Shown piece after piece: positions 10,715-21,595 of a DNA stretch of 43,867 nucleotides. The notes under the pieces are model-generated. The model made no database searches and was not told where the DNA came from. It saw only the letters and a list, made by a program, of their open reading frames with translations. Location: positions 1 to 43,867 of the forward strand of contig CAVSHT010000017.1 in the NCBI GenBank assembly GCA_963727895.1, given 5' to 3'. Within the stretch, counting starts at the first letter, position 1; every line of letters begins with the position of its first letter. Source of the stretch: an uncultured Methanosarcinaceae archaeon. GTDB taxonomy: Archaea > Halobacteriota > Methanosarcinia > Methanosarcinales > Methanosarcinaceae. The position numbers were made by a program, and so were the translations under genes.

Positions 10715-11707
10715 ATGTATTCCTGGGATCCAAAACTTTATTTTTCGAATTCCTTAGCTCAGAAAAACTGGGGATTTGAACTTATTTCAAAACTGCATTT
10801 TAAAGGAAATGAAAGGTTTCTGAATGTTGGCTGTGGTGATGGAAAGCTTAGTGCTAAAGTTACGAAAAGTCTACCCATAGGCTCTGTTCTAGGAATTGAT
10901 CTTTCTGAGGAAATGATTACTTTTGCTAGGAATCATTACCCTCCTGAGAAATTCCCAAACCTTGCTTTTATGCAGATGAATGCAAGTGAACTTAATTTTG
11001 ATTCTGAATTTGATATTGTTTTTTCCAATGCTGTTCTTCACTGGATAAAAGCTCCTGAAACTGCTCTAAGATGCTTTAGGAAAAGTCTCAAACCTGATGG
11101 AATGTTTCTAGCCCAGTTTGGAGGAAAGGGAAACGTTGCAGAAATCCTCAAAGTTACTAACTCTATGCTGGAAAATGAAAAATGGAGCTCTGATTTTAGG
11201 GATTTTATATTTCCATATGGCTTTTATGGACCTGAAGAATATGGCAAATGGTTGAAAGATGCGGGCTTTTCAATTAAGTGCTTAGAACTAATTTCAAAAA
11301 ACATCGGCTCTTGAAGAAGAAAAAGGACTTTCCGCTTATATTGCTTCAATTTGGCTTCCTTATATACAACAGGTGCCTAAAGAATTGAAGCAGGATTCAT
11401 TGGTCATCGGTTAAGGAATTTTCTTGCCTGAAAACTATCGATTTTGCACTAGAAGCCTGCCTTAAATCTTGGCTTATCTACATGAAATCTATACCCTGTT
11501 CCAGCTCAGGATCTATTAATATATTTAACAAATGTTAAAGAAATTGACGCAATTTGTCACGATTCCTCACTTAACCGAAGACGCATGAAGCAGGATTTTA
11601 TAAATCAATTTTTAGCTCTTTTTGTGAAGAACTACCCATTAGACGACGAAGGATATATCCATGTCTAAATGAAAAGACTGAAAATTGAAGCTTACTCGAA
11701 GAAATGA
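10715..11707 (+). pseudogene. Class I SAM methyltransferase (Tam-like), disrupted
   Basis: VGCGDG and FSNAVLHW motifs. Frameshift near 11300, MITE at 11398-11587, in-frame TAA at 11666. The remnant C-terminus ends at TGA 11707. Confidence 0.85.
11398..11587 (-). mobile_element. 190-bp IS4 (ISH8-like) MITE with a 10-bp TSD
   Basis: Ends CATTGGTCATCGGTTAAG / CTTAACCGAAGACGCATG. AAGCAGGATT is duplicated at 11388-11397 and 11588-11597. Same end as the IS4 at 43504. Confidence 0.95.
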
Positions 11708-11864
11708 GCATAAGATAACAGATAATAAAACAGATTTGAGTAATAGATAATCAGCTTTATTTTGTATCAATTTGCAGTCTGGATTTAGCAGATATATGAA
11801 AAAATTATAGTAGTATTTTAAAATTGCTTTGGATAATGTAACTTCTATTGTGGAAGGATTTGTT

Positions 11865-12647
11865 ATGAAAATTTTTCAAGTAGACGCGTTTACAGATAAG
11901 CCACTTTCAGGAAATCCAGCAGGCGTATGTATTCTAAGTGAAAAATTAAACGAAAAATTAATGCAAAATATAGCCAGTGAGATGAATTTACCTGAAACTG
12001 CATTTCTTGTTAAAGAAGGTGAAGGGTATAATCTGAGGTGGTTTACCCCAAATGCAGAAATTGATCTATGTGGACATGCAACATTGGCAAGTGCCTATAT
12101 TCTGTGGGAAAAAGGATATTTAAGGAGAAGACCGTGAGGCAAAATTCAGTACAAAAAGTGGTATATTGACAGCAAAAATGAATGAAGGCTGGATTGAATT
12201 AAATTTTCCGGCAGTACTTGAAGAAAAAACAGAACCCCCATCAGAGCTATTAGAAGCGTTGGGAGTCAAAGCGACCTAGTTGGGAAGAACAAATTTGATT
12301 ACTTAGTAGAAGTTGAGTCAGAAGAAACAGTAACAACGATAAAACCAGATTTCATGAAACTGTTGAAAATCCCAGCAAGGGGAGTAATCATCACAAGCAA
12401 ATCCAAGGAATATGACTTTGTATCAAGATTTTTCGCGCCACAAATTGGAGTGTGGGAAGACCCGGTTACAGGATCAGCTCACTGCTGTTTGGGTCCATAC
12501 TGGCAAAAAAGCTTGAACGAAAGACGAGTTCGTTGCATATCAGATATCGGAACGTGGTGGAGGAATTCTGAAAGTAAAAGTTATTAATGAACGTGTTTTG
12601 ATTTAGGAAAGGCAGTTACAGTGCTGGAAGGAGAATTATTTATTTGA
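11865..12647 (+). pseudogene. PhzF-family isomerase pseudogene (about 4 frameshifts)
   Basis: QVDAFT..SGNPAGV, LCGHATLA and EDPVTGSAH lie in different frames. The C-terminus GKAVTVLEGELFI ends at 12647. Confidence 0.9.
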
Positions 12648-13081
12648 AAATATGTATTTTCTTCAAATTCAATGGAGAAGTTTCCAACTCGAAAAATGTG
12701 CAATAATTTTAGTATACAGTTATAGCGTTGAATGCATTGCTTGAGGTTGTTTTTTTATATTTTGTTAAATTTTTAAACTTTCCGTAAATACATGAAATTT
12801 ATTTTTACCCATACAATTTGAAGAGGATACCAATTTTGTCATAATTGACTATGTGTTTCTTACTTTTTTTAGCTCTTAACTGGGGTTATCGAAGAAAACT
12901 CTTATATTCTCATAGTCATTGGAATTGATTTTAACTCAAACACATAGCAAGCTTTAACCGATATCGTTTTTATTTGTTGAGTAAACAAATTCAACGAATT
13001 CGCTAAATTTTATTTATAAATGATCTGAGGTATTAGTGAAAAAAGGTGGGAACTGTAAGGAAGGATATTACTCTTTGTTTG

Positions 13082-13198
13082 TTAATTTAATAATTTTATC
13101 TGGTTTCTGCTGGTTGTTACTCTCTTTATTTCTTGCTTCGCCATTTCTTTCCTGAATTCTATATAATCCCTCTCGACTTCTTCTATCTTGTTTTCCAT
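13082..13198 (-). CDS. 38-aa small protein MENKIEEVERDYIEFRKEMAKQEIKRVTTSRNQIKLLN
   Basis: GGAGGT RBS just upstream of the ATG and a TATA-like AAAAATATATAAG further upstream. Below the ORF-track cutoff. Confidence 0.55.
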   Translation of the reverse strand: MENKIEEVERDYIEFRKEMAKQEIKRVTTSRNQIKLLN

Positions 13199-13722
13199 TT
13201 GTGACCTCCATCCAATATTAGCAAGTCACACTCTACTTATATATTTTTGGAATAATCTAGTATTTTTTTGAGTTGTTCAAATTCTCCTTCTAAGAATTCC
13301 CCATTCTATGAGCCTCTTTTCTATGTATCTCGATTTCGTAATCTGTAAAAGAAAGGCTCTGATAATGTCTAATAAAGCAACAATCACATAAAAATATTGC
13401 TTTTTTAGAGCATATCTGCTTCAAAACCCGAGATTTTACTGAATTTTTACGAAAAAAAGCAACAAATTGCACAAAATGTTGTCTTATTCAATACATAGGT
13501 TTTGTCATAGAACCTCTGCATATTTTCAATAATTTCCTACAATTCGCCATAGAAATTGGCTCAAAAAAGCCGAAATGCAGAGATTGTCGAAAAACCAATG
13601 TAAACGTAGGCGGGGATTTGGTCTATAAGCATATTGGGAAGAGAAAGATTATAGCATACAGGCTAAAAGAGATTAAGATCTAAAGATCATGTTTCCCTTA
13701 AAATGAACCAAATACAAATCAA

Positions 13723-15883
13723 TTAATCATTATCAACTAATTGCAGTAATGATTCAGTTGACTTCGGATTATTGCTTTCTGATACAGTAAACCTTATAAT
13801 GAATTCAGTACCGTTGTTGCCTCTTTCAGTTCAAGCTCTCCGTCTAACTGGTCTACTAGGGTAGTCACAAGCTGAAGTCCTAGACTATTAAGTTCATCAA
13901 TGTTAATGTTTTCAGGAATACCTATGCCGTTGTCTGAGACTATCAAAATGAAACTGTTATTACTGCCTTCTTCTCTATGGAGCTTGATTTTGATTTCTCC
14001 ATCATTTTTCTCAGGAAATGCATATTTAAGAGAATTGGAAACAAGCTCGTTAATTATTATCCCAAGTGGAACAGCATTGTCCATATCCAAGAAAATATTG
14101 TGATCCAAATCCGTATTTAAGTTAATACTTTTGTTCCCTAGTTTGTATGTCAAAAGTAGATTATCAGCAAGATCCTCGATATACGATGAAAAGTTCAACG
14201 TCTCGAGCCCTTCACCTTTATGTAATTCTTCGTGGATCGAGAGCCATTGACATAACTCTGTTTTGGCTCTCTTTGAAGAGCTTTTAGGACTTCTGAATCT
14301 TTTATGTACCCTCTATTATTGAACTGTTCAACCTGTAGATCGAGAAGCGATGATATTATCTGTAAATTGTTTTTGATTCTATGGTGAATTTCTTTCTGAC
14401 GAGTAAGTTCATTTTTGCCAAGGCTTCTTCTGCCTTTTTTTGCTCGGTGACATCAATGTCCGATCTCAAGGATCATAGGAGAACCGTCAACGTCAGTGAA
14501 CGGCAAATTATAGGCATCATAAACGCTTCCATCTCGACCCCTTCTACTCCCAATGATGAGATTGACCGGTTTCAAGTACTTTATGTGATTCGCAGAATTC
14601 ACAAGGATGGGTAAATCCAAATAATATTCATAACAGTGCCGACCGCCTGGATCTCCGAATTTTTTGCGGAATCTGCGATTGGCAAAGGCAACATGATAGT
14701 CAGAGGTTAATAAGATTATCATTGCCGGCAGCGTGTCTAGCACATTATAAAGACGTTGACGTTCAATCTCAATAGCTTCGGCAACCTTCTGACACGTTTC
14801 ACTTACCCTCAACGCTTCCTCGGCCCACTTGCGCTCCGTAATGTCCTGAGTGATCCCATAGACCCACTTGACCTCTCCCGCCTTGTCCCTGACGATCTTA
14901 TCAGCGACAGTTGTGACGTACCTTATATCGCCGTCCGGCCTGATGATTCGGTAGTCGACGCTTTTATGCATCCCGTCCTGTTTGACCGAGTGGATGAAAT
15001 CTGCCAGCAGCGCTCGGTCACCCGGGTGAGTTCGGGCCATGGTCCAGTCCTTGCCTGGAAGCACGTCTCCGGGCTCGTAGCCGTAAATACGGTAATTCTC
15101 ATCGAAGCCGTTCATCTCTCCAGTCTGCACGTTCCATGCCCAATTTCCAACTTTAGCCATTTCCTGAGACTTAGCCAGGATGAATTGGCTCTTCTTAATA
15201 GCAGCCTCGGTTCGCTTTCGCTCAGTAATATTATTGAAAACAACTACGAAGTATTCTCTATCCATGCTATAAACAGAGATTGAGAACCACATCTCCAAAG
15301 GCTTAAACTCGATTTCAAACCTCTCAGACTGACCTGTCGATGCAACCCGACCGTAAATGTCGAACAGCTCTCGATGAGATTCCTTTATTCCTGGAAATAA
15401 TTCGGTTGCTCTCTTACCCTTCACTTTTTTTAAGCCGGTCAACTTTTCAAATGCTTTGTTAGTATCAAGATATATGAAGTCTACAGGATAGCCACAGTCA
15501 TCGTAAAGCATCTTGCAGTATGTAAGTCCATCCAGTATGTTCTCAAAGAGCAAGTGATAACTTCTATCGCTTTCATAGAATTTTTTTTCAAGCTCTTTCT
15601 GGTTACTTATGTCGAATCCATAAATATTTACGCGTTCTTCTTCGGGTAAAGGTTGAAAAACGATAAGATACATTCTTTTTCCAACCTTTGCTTCCATTCT
15701 TTCCGAGCTGTTCTGAGAAATGACTCTCTGCACAATATCTACGATACTCGAAGGCAGTTTTTCTCTAACTCCTACACCCCATTCATTTAACAAGGGCTTA
15801 CCTGCCTCATTGGAGTAAAGAATAATACCATACTTTGTCACATTTAACAAAGGATTCGAATTTTTTGCAGGAAAGTGTTCCAT
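13723..15883 (-). pseudogene. Multi-PAS sensor histidine kinase (HisKA_2/HATPase_c), frameshifted
   Basis: PAS/PAC repeats in 14453-15883. KEIHHRIKNNLQIISSLL near 14340-14395 is in another frame. NELVSNSLKYAF, DNGIG and SLGLQLV lie in 13794-14198. Confidence 0.88.
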
Positions 15884-16018
15884 TTCTATTGTCTGTCCTT
15901 TTCATACTTTTTTCATTGAGGCATAATGTCTTATTTCACTCTTATACTGTTACCTACTACTCTAAGTTAAACATAATATTTAAATTTTTATATAATTATA
16001 TAATTATATAATCATACG

Positions 16019-16105
16019 GGAATTGTAAAGTCTAGATATTAGACGATTTCATAGACTCGACGTTCACTGGAAATAACACAAATCTCCTGCAGACTTTACA
16101 GAACC
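16019..16105. mobile_element. ~90-bp MITE-like inverted-repeat element
   Basis: GGAATTGTAAAGTCT / AGACTTTACAGAACC; ends related to 17361-17452. Confidence 0.55.
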
Positions 16106-16166
16106 CCATAAACATAGCATAAATTAGACTTTTACCTTTATTTCCTATGAAACTAAGAAAATAACC

Positions 16167-16432
16167 TATTTTTGCCTATGCGAGTGCAAAACCCAGCTAG
16201 TACATATTATATAGGAATATGCCTATTTCCTTCGATAAACCCAATCGTTAAGAGCTAAAAAAAGTAAGAAATACATAGGCAATTTTGATTTACAAAACTG
16301 CTATTACAATACCAATAATCAATTAATTATTTGGAATAGTTCTATAATAGTAATGGATATTCTTGAATATTTTTACTTTTGTTCATTGCACATAAATTTA
16401 CTTGCTTATTCCGATTTTTTTGCAACGGAACC
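16167..16432 (+). mobile_element. IS6-derived non-autonomous element: non-IS core plus IS6 right end
   Basis: About 16320-16432 matches the 3' end of the IS6 (8105-8221). Core TAAGAGCTAAAAAAAGTAAGAAA is shared with ~12840-12897, ~18455 and ~26545. Confidence 0.8.
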
Positions 16433-16587
16433 ATCAATAATAAAGGTTGATGGAAACGCAAATGATATGAGTCTTCCTTAGTTCATATAGTAAAAAAGAT
16501 ATTGGATCATGATTTTAAAGATCCAATTTTATATTATTCAGTAGCTTTTGGCTTGTACTACTTTACCAATAGCCAATTATGTCCTTA

Positions 16588-17019
16588 TTAACGATGTCCG
16601 TATCCACCATGGCCTCCGTATCCACCATGGCCTCCGTATTCACCATGGTCTCCATATCCACCATGGTTTCCATATCCACCATGGTCTCCATATCCACCAT
16701 GGTCTCCATATCCACCATGGTCTCCATATCCACCATGGTCTCCATATCCACCATGGTCTCCATATCCACCATGGTCTCCATATCCACCATGGTCTCCATA
16801 TCCACCATGGTCTCCATATCCACCATGGTCTCCATATCCACCATGGTCTCCGTATCCACCATGGCCTCCGTATCCACCATGGCCTCCGTATCCACCATGG
16901 CCTCCGTATCCGTCGGGACTTTGTGCGCTTACTGAAGCAGCTGTTAATGATACTACAAAAAGGATAGCTATTAAGACAACAGTTGTTTTCTTTATCCTCT
17001 TGAAAATATGTTTTCCCAT
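16588..17019 (-). CDS. Secreted Gly/Tyr/His-rich repeat protein, (GGYG[D/G]H)x18
   Basis: Signal peptide KKTTVVLIAILFVVSLTAASVSA and GGGAG RBS. The only one of four overlapping ORFs with a non-repeat leader of this kind. Confidence 0.85.
   Translation of the reverse strand: MGKHIFKRIKKTTVVLIAILFVVSLTAASVSAQSPDGYGGHGGYGGHGGYGGHGGYGDHGGYGDHGGYGDHGGYGDHGGYGDHGGYGDHGGYGDHGGYGDHGGYGDHGGYGDHGGYGNHGGYGDHGEYGGHGGYGGHGGYGHR
16591..16914. repeat. 18-bp coding tandem repeat, 18 units (consensus CCATATCCACCATGGTCT)
   Basis: Directly visible; no spacers. Confidence 0.97.
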
Positions 17020-17360
17020 TTGTTTAAACTCCCACTATTGATCATTTTTTACAACGCCAAAAAGTACAACTTAATACAATTTGAGATATATGTCCTAAAT
17101 TTAATAGCCAGATTGAAATTGTATCAAATATCAAACTATCAAATCTCAAACTGCATAATGAGGTAATATTGTATCATATATAATGTCGGTAGAAATATAA
17201 TTCAGAATGCAATAATAATCAAAAGCAGATTTTATTTATTCAACTTCACCAGATCCCTCTTTAGCAGAGATATCTTTAAAACACATTTCTCATTAATGTG
17301 TTATGTTCTTTTTACATAGATCAAAGGTGAAATACAGAGGCTAATTAATCCTTAAATAAA

Positions 17361-17452
17361 GGTTCTGTCAAGTCTACGAGGGATAACAATTTTTATCAGC
17401 TACTGTTGGTTGAACCTATAAAATGTCCATCCCTCATAGACTTCACAGTACC
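17361..17452. mobile_element. 92-bp MITE with 24-bp imperfect TIRs
   Basis: GGTTCTGTCAAGTCTACGAGGGAT / ATCCCTCATAGACTTCACAGTACC (3 mismatches). Confidence 0.75.
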
Positions 17453-17483
17453 CTCCAAGTAAATGCAAAAAAAGACTTAAAAG

Positions 17484-17715
17484 GGTTCCGTTGCAATAAA
17501 TATATGCTAAGGATATAATTAAAATAAAAAGGGAATCAAAGGTAGTGACATGCTATCTAATTCCAGTTTTGTTGCAAAAAATCTTGTTATTTTACAAAAC
17601 AAGTGAAAACCTTCACAATTAGAAAAGTTAATCAATCTTATCACCTGGAAAAATAGTACAATAAAGGTACAATTATAACCTGGAAGTATGAGAAGAAAAT
17701 TTTTGCAACACAACC
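17484..17715 (+). mobile_element. IS6 left-end fragment (17484-17564) abutting a 151-bp IS6-type MITE (17565-17715)
   Basis: The first 81 bp match 7367-7446, including ATGCTATCTAATTCC. The rest resembles 4728-4877 and ends TTTTTGCAACACAACC. Confidence 0.85.
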
Positions 17716-17726
17716 TAATTTTGTTT

Positions 17727-17915
17727 CATGTGTCTTCGGTTAAGTGAGGAATCGTGACAAATTACGTCAATTTATTTAACAGTTGTTACATATATTAATA
17801 GATTATGAGCTGGAAAAGGTTATCGATTTCATGTAAATAAGCCAAGATTGAGGCAGGCTTTTAGTGCAAAATCGATAGCTTTCAGGCAAGAAAATTCCTT
17901 AACCGATGACCAATG
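17727..17915 (+). mobile_element. 189-bp IS4 (ISH8-like) MITE with a 10-bp TSD
   Basis: Reverse-complement copy of 11398-11587. AATTTTGTTT is duplicated at 17717-17726 and 17916-17925. Confidence 0.95.
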
Positions 17916-17928
17916 AATTTTGTTTCTC

Positions 17929-18177
17929 TTATTCTTTTTCTTCTTTAGTAATCTGGATTTTTATAAAATTCGCTAATCCGACTTCATGATCATTACAATG
18001 ATGCAGATCTGAAAGCTGAATAACTTTTCCTCCTATCCTAAATACGTGATCATGTGACCCAAGGGTATAACATGCTGCAGATACAAGCTTTTCTATTGGA
18101 ATGTTTGCAATCTCAAGCTTGTTTCCTGGATAAAGTTTCCTGCAATTCCTGCAATAATAAGATGGAGTTATTATCAT
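17929..18177 (-). CDS. 82-aa Cys/His-containing hypothetical protein, possible metal binder
   Basis: YYCRNCRK near the N-terminus and HHC near the C-terminus. ATG 18177 preferred over the upstream TTG. Confidence 0.6.
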   Translation of the reverse strand: MIITPSYYCRNCRKLYPGNKLEIANIPIEKLVSAACYTLGSHDHVFRIGGKVIQLSDLHHCNDHEVGLANFIKIQITKEEKE

Positions 18178-18347
18178 AGTTATCTTCTCATTTTGTAAAA
18201 TGCATTCCTTTACAACTAACTTTCTTGTTGCAATACTATATAGTCCATGTGCCAAAAATCAGAAAAAATTTTAGATTTCAAACTAATTTTGTTCACTCAA
18301 CAAAAATTTTTGATATCGGCTGATAAAAGCTATGTGAATTAGTAAAA

Positions 18348-18646
18348 ACTCATTTCAAAGACTATGGAATACAAAATACCATGCATATGTGAAAATTAAA
18401 TATCAGGGAGCTCATTCCATTTTTGGGTAGAAATTTTTTCCGATCGATAACCCACTCGTTAAGAGCTAAAAAAAGTAAGAAACACATAGTCAATTATGAG
18501 ATTTACAAAACTGCCATCAAAATACCAGTAATCAATTAATTATTTTGAATAGTTCTGCAATATTGATACATCTTCTCGAATATTTTAACTTTTGTTCATT
18601 ATCCATAGATTTACATGCTTATTCTGAGATTTTTTGCAACAGAACC
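18348..18646 (+). mobile_element. IS6-derived non-autonomous element (~300 bp)
   Basis: Ends TTTTTTGCAACAGAACC. Reverse-complement copy at 26400-26693. Confidence 0.85.
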
Positions 18647-18943
18647 AAGAAATTTATTATATAAATAATTATACTAAAATATAAGTTTTAAAATTTTTAT
18701 TTTAATAATTGGATATTTTAATACATTTGTTTATTCATTAAATCTTTAGAAATTATTATTTTTCATATTAATCGTTTTAAAATGGTTATTTAATTAATAG
18801 CTAGTCTTTTATATATTTATATTTATAAGTATGTTTATATTTTATCTTGTTTATGTTAGGATTGTCAAGCCAAGAATCATCAGCGAGATAATTAAGAAAA
18901 TAAAGTAAGGCTCTCCGAACAACAGATATTTGGAGTGAGGTAC

Positions 18944-19255
18944 ATGTTGAAAATGAAAAAGACATTGGGTATTTTGCTGACATTGTGTTTTGTAATGTCA
19001 ATGACAACTGCAGCAGTAAGTGCAACTCCTAATTTCAATAATAAGAATAGTTACAACAACCATAATGATGGTAAGAATATTTACAACAACCACGGTGGTC
19101 AGAACAATTATGGCAACCATTATGGTCAAAACAAGGGTAAACACTTTAAGCAAGGTTACTGGGGATATAAGCACACAAGGCACAACAAAGATAGATACCA
19201 CAAATCTTTTTGGTATAGCAATGACAGATACTGGTTCCCCGGCTATTGGTACTAA
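18944..19255 (+). CDS. Secreted Asn/Gly/His/Tyr-rich protein with an aromatic, basic C-terminus
   Basis: Signal KKTLGILLTLCFVMSMTTAAVSA, YNNH repeats, end YWFPGYWY, GGAGTGAGG RBS. Confidence 0.8.
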   Translation: MLKMKKTLGILLTLCFVMSMTTAAVSATPNFNNKNSYNNHNDGKNIYNNHGGQNNYGNHYGQNKGKHFKQGYWGYKHTRHNKDRYHKSFWYSNDRYWFPGYWY

Positions 19256-19732
19256 GAGTAAAAACGTATAACCATAGTTGAAAGTTAAATTTAACAAAAA
19301 TAAGTCCTAACTGGCTGGTGTTTAAGTGTTTACATTATCCAGTTGTGCTGTTTTCTTTTCAAGATTTGAGCATCAGAGAAGTAATTTTGAGTTTTGGGAT
19401 AGGCTTAGAATAAAATGGGGGCACTGAAGTTTAAAAGGGGATGGATATGTTTGATGTCAAGTGTGAATACGCTTTAAGATGTTCTGGATATCAAGATAAT
19501 TCATATACATGTGCAAAAGCTTGTGACAAGAGCTACTGTAGGATCTATAGAAAGCTTAGAAATGAAGCTTGTATTGTTAGTAACAACAGCAACAAAATGT
19601 TTACTATTATTTACTGAATCTAGATATGTCATTTTATTAGGTATATTCTTATTTTTATTATCTGAATGGATATCTGCAGGCTGTGTGAGCAGGCACCTTT
19701 TTTAGTTCAACATGAATATATGAAAAAGTCTC

Positions 19733-19887
19733 CATGCGTCTTCGGTTAAGTAAGGAATCGTGACAAATTGTGTCAATTTCTTTAACATTTGTTAAATATG
19801 TTTATAGATCCTGAGCTGGAACAGGGTATCGATTTGATGTAGATAAGCCAAGATTTAAGGCAGGCTTCTAGTGCAAAATCAATAGCT
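19733..19887 (+). mobile_element. Truncated copy of the IS4-derived MITE
   Basis: Starts CATGCGTCTTCGGTTAAG and aligns to 17727 onward; right end missing. Confidence 0.9.
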
Positions 19888-20113
19888 GCCAGCGCAACTT
19901 TGATTTCATAGAGAATTCGCTATTTTTTGAGGAAGGATTAATATTCAGAACATTTTATTCTTTTATGATTATATATATTAATTTTATATTTATACCTTAT
20001 TCGTATTTTTGGATAAATTGAATTTCATGTTCAAAAAAGAAATCGATAGCTGAGAACTGAAATATTTTCCACTAATACGTTTTAAGAGAGCTAAATAAAG
20101 AGATGATCTAAAC

Positions 20114-20821
20114 ATGTCTAGACGAATGATAAAGATAGTTGGTATTTTGCTGGCAGTTTGTTTCTTATTGTCTGTGACAGCTGCAGCAATAAGCACAGAT
20201 CCCATTGATAATACCAAATCTACCAAAACAACACAAAAAAATGAAAACAAATTGATGCAGGGAATGCAGGGAGAAAATGTATACATAAGGAATTTAATAG
20301 TCGCAAGGAACATCATCATTTTTAACGACAGAACTACACATCCACTCCTACGTGCAGCTGTATTCAAAAGAATGGCAACCAATGATTGGAACAATACAGG
20401 CACTACTGACAACATGAATGACAACACCACTGCTGATGTTATTTCTGATATCATGAATGACAACACCACTGCGGACAACATGAATGACAACACCACTGCG
20501 GACAACATAAATGACAACACCACTGCGGACAACATAAATAACAACGCCACTGCTGATGTTATTGCCAAAAACGTAAAAGTATTATCCCAGAGAAAAATCT
20601 TATACGTAAGGAACCTTATAATTGCAAGGAACATCATAGTTGTTACTCCAAGAACTACACATCCACTCCTACGTGCTGCAGTACTGAAAAAAATGATGAA
20701 TAACTCAGAAATGATGAATAACTCAGAAATGATGAATAACTCAGAAATGATGAATAACTCAGAAATGATGAATAACTCAGAAATGATGAATAACACAGTT
20801 ACAACCGACAATACCACCTGA
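20114..20821 (+). CDS. Secreted Asn/Met/Asp/Thr-rich repeat protein with a duplicated beta-rich module
   Basis: Signal KIVGILLAVCFLLSVTAAAIS. Two copies of Y[IV]RNLI[VI]ARNII...RTTHPLLRAAV. 27-bp (MNDNTTADN) repeats at ~20408-20556 and 18-bp (MMNNSE) repeats at 20693-20794. Confidence 0.8.
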   Translation: MSRRMIKIVGILLAVCFLLSVTAAAISTDPIDNTKSTKTTQKNENKLMQGMQGENVYIRNLIVARNIIIFNDRTTHPLLRAAVFKRMATNDWNNTGTTDNMNDNTTADVISDIMNDNTTADNMNDNTTADNINDNTTADNINNNATADVIAKNVKVLSQRKILYVRNLIIARNIIVVTPRTTHPLLRAAVLKKMMNNSEMMNNSEMMNNSEMMNNSEMMNNSEMMNNTVTTDNTT

Positions 20822-20975
20822 TACACTGAATACTAATGAATTAGGACTTATGCAATTATGATGAAGTTTGTAGTTAATTGTCATTGGGTTGTTTTTACTT
20901 CAAGTGTGTAAGTCCTAAAATTAAAGAATATGTATGGATCTATTTTTGGAAGTTAAGTTTCTGATCAAAGATTTG

Positions 20976-21111
20976 GGCAGTGTGCCACTTTTTCTGTAAA
21001 ATTAGAAATTTTAGAAAGTTTATGGTTTGAGAATCCCATAGCAAAAGAACTGAATTTTGTTCAGTATACAAAAATTTGACTTTGAATTTACAGAACTTTC
21101 GGCACACTGCC
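20976..21111. mobile_element. 136-bp MITE with an 8-bp TSD (parent IS family uncertain)
   Basis: Perfect 11-bp TIR GGCAGTGTGCC plus an inner TTCTGTAAA match. AAGATTTG is duplicated at 20968-20975 and 21112-21119. Confidence 0.92.
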
Positions 21112-21344
21112 AAGATTTGCCATAATATGAGCTTCTCTTCGGCAGCGTATCATTATCATATTTTCTGTAAATTTGCTATACATGTTATACATAGGTTTTA
21201 GGATAAAACCTGATAGTGAAGAATAAAAGATAATCTAAAAACTAGAGACTTTTTAATATCTTCTGGGATTGCCAAAATTTATCATTAATTTCACTAGCAA
21301 TTGACTGCAATCAATACAAGACCAGAAAATAATAAAAAGTCTCT

Positions 21345-21473
21345 TCATTTATTACTTTCACTTCTTTTTTCTTCTTCAGGAACTAATTTTTTATGGCATG
21401 CATCGCATGTTCCATTTTTGGCAATCGATGGTTGTTTAGGTACATCGCCACCACAAACTCCACACTTTTCCAT
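21345..21473 (-). CDS. 42-aa zinc-finger microprotein (CxxC...CxxC)
   Basis: MEKCGVCGG...TCDACHKK with a GGAG RBS upstream of ATG 21473. Confidence 0.75.
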   Translation of the reverse strand: MEKCGVCGGDVPKQPSIAKNGTCDACHKKLVPEEEKRSESNK

Positions 21474-21595
21474 ATCTTTAACTCCAGTTTTTTGATTTTT
21501 ATCTTGATTATTATTATTATTATTAAAACAATAAAATATATATAAAAATATAATTACGGAACTAATATTAATCAAAAAGAGATGTTAAAGAGATC

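Noticed and set aside
12277..12279. TAG in phzF as a pyrrolysine codon
   Set aside because: The reading frame shifts at this point (TAT GTT with a lost base) and the gene has several other frameshifts.
16591..16914. Possible CRISPR array
   Set aside because: Contiguous 18-bp units with no unique spacers, inside a signal-peptide ORF; no cas genes nearby.
16548..16967. Alternative ORFs (IHHGLH)n, (MVDMET)n and (STMVSI)n
   Set aside because: Stop-free shadows of the 18-bp repeat; only 16588-17019 has an RBS and a signal peptide.
19380..19450. Possible isolated IS ends (GAGTTTTGGGATAGGCT; GGCACTGAAGTTT)
   Set aside because: No partner end or TSD identified.
19990..20826. 278-aa minus-strand ORF
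   Set aside because: Antisense shadow of the repeat-rich secreted protein 20114-20821.
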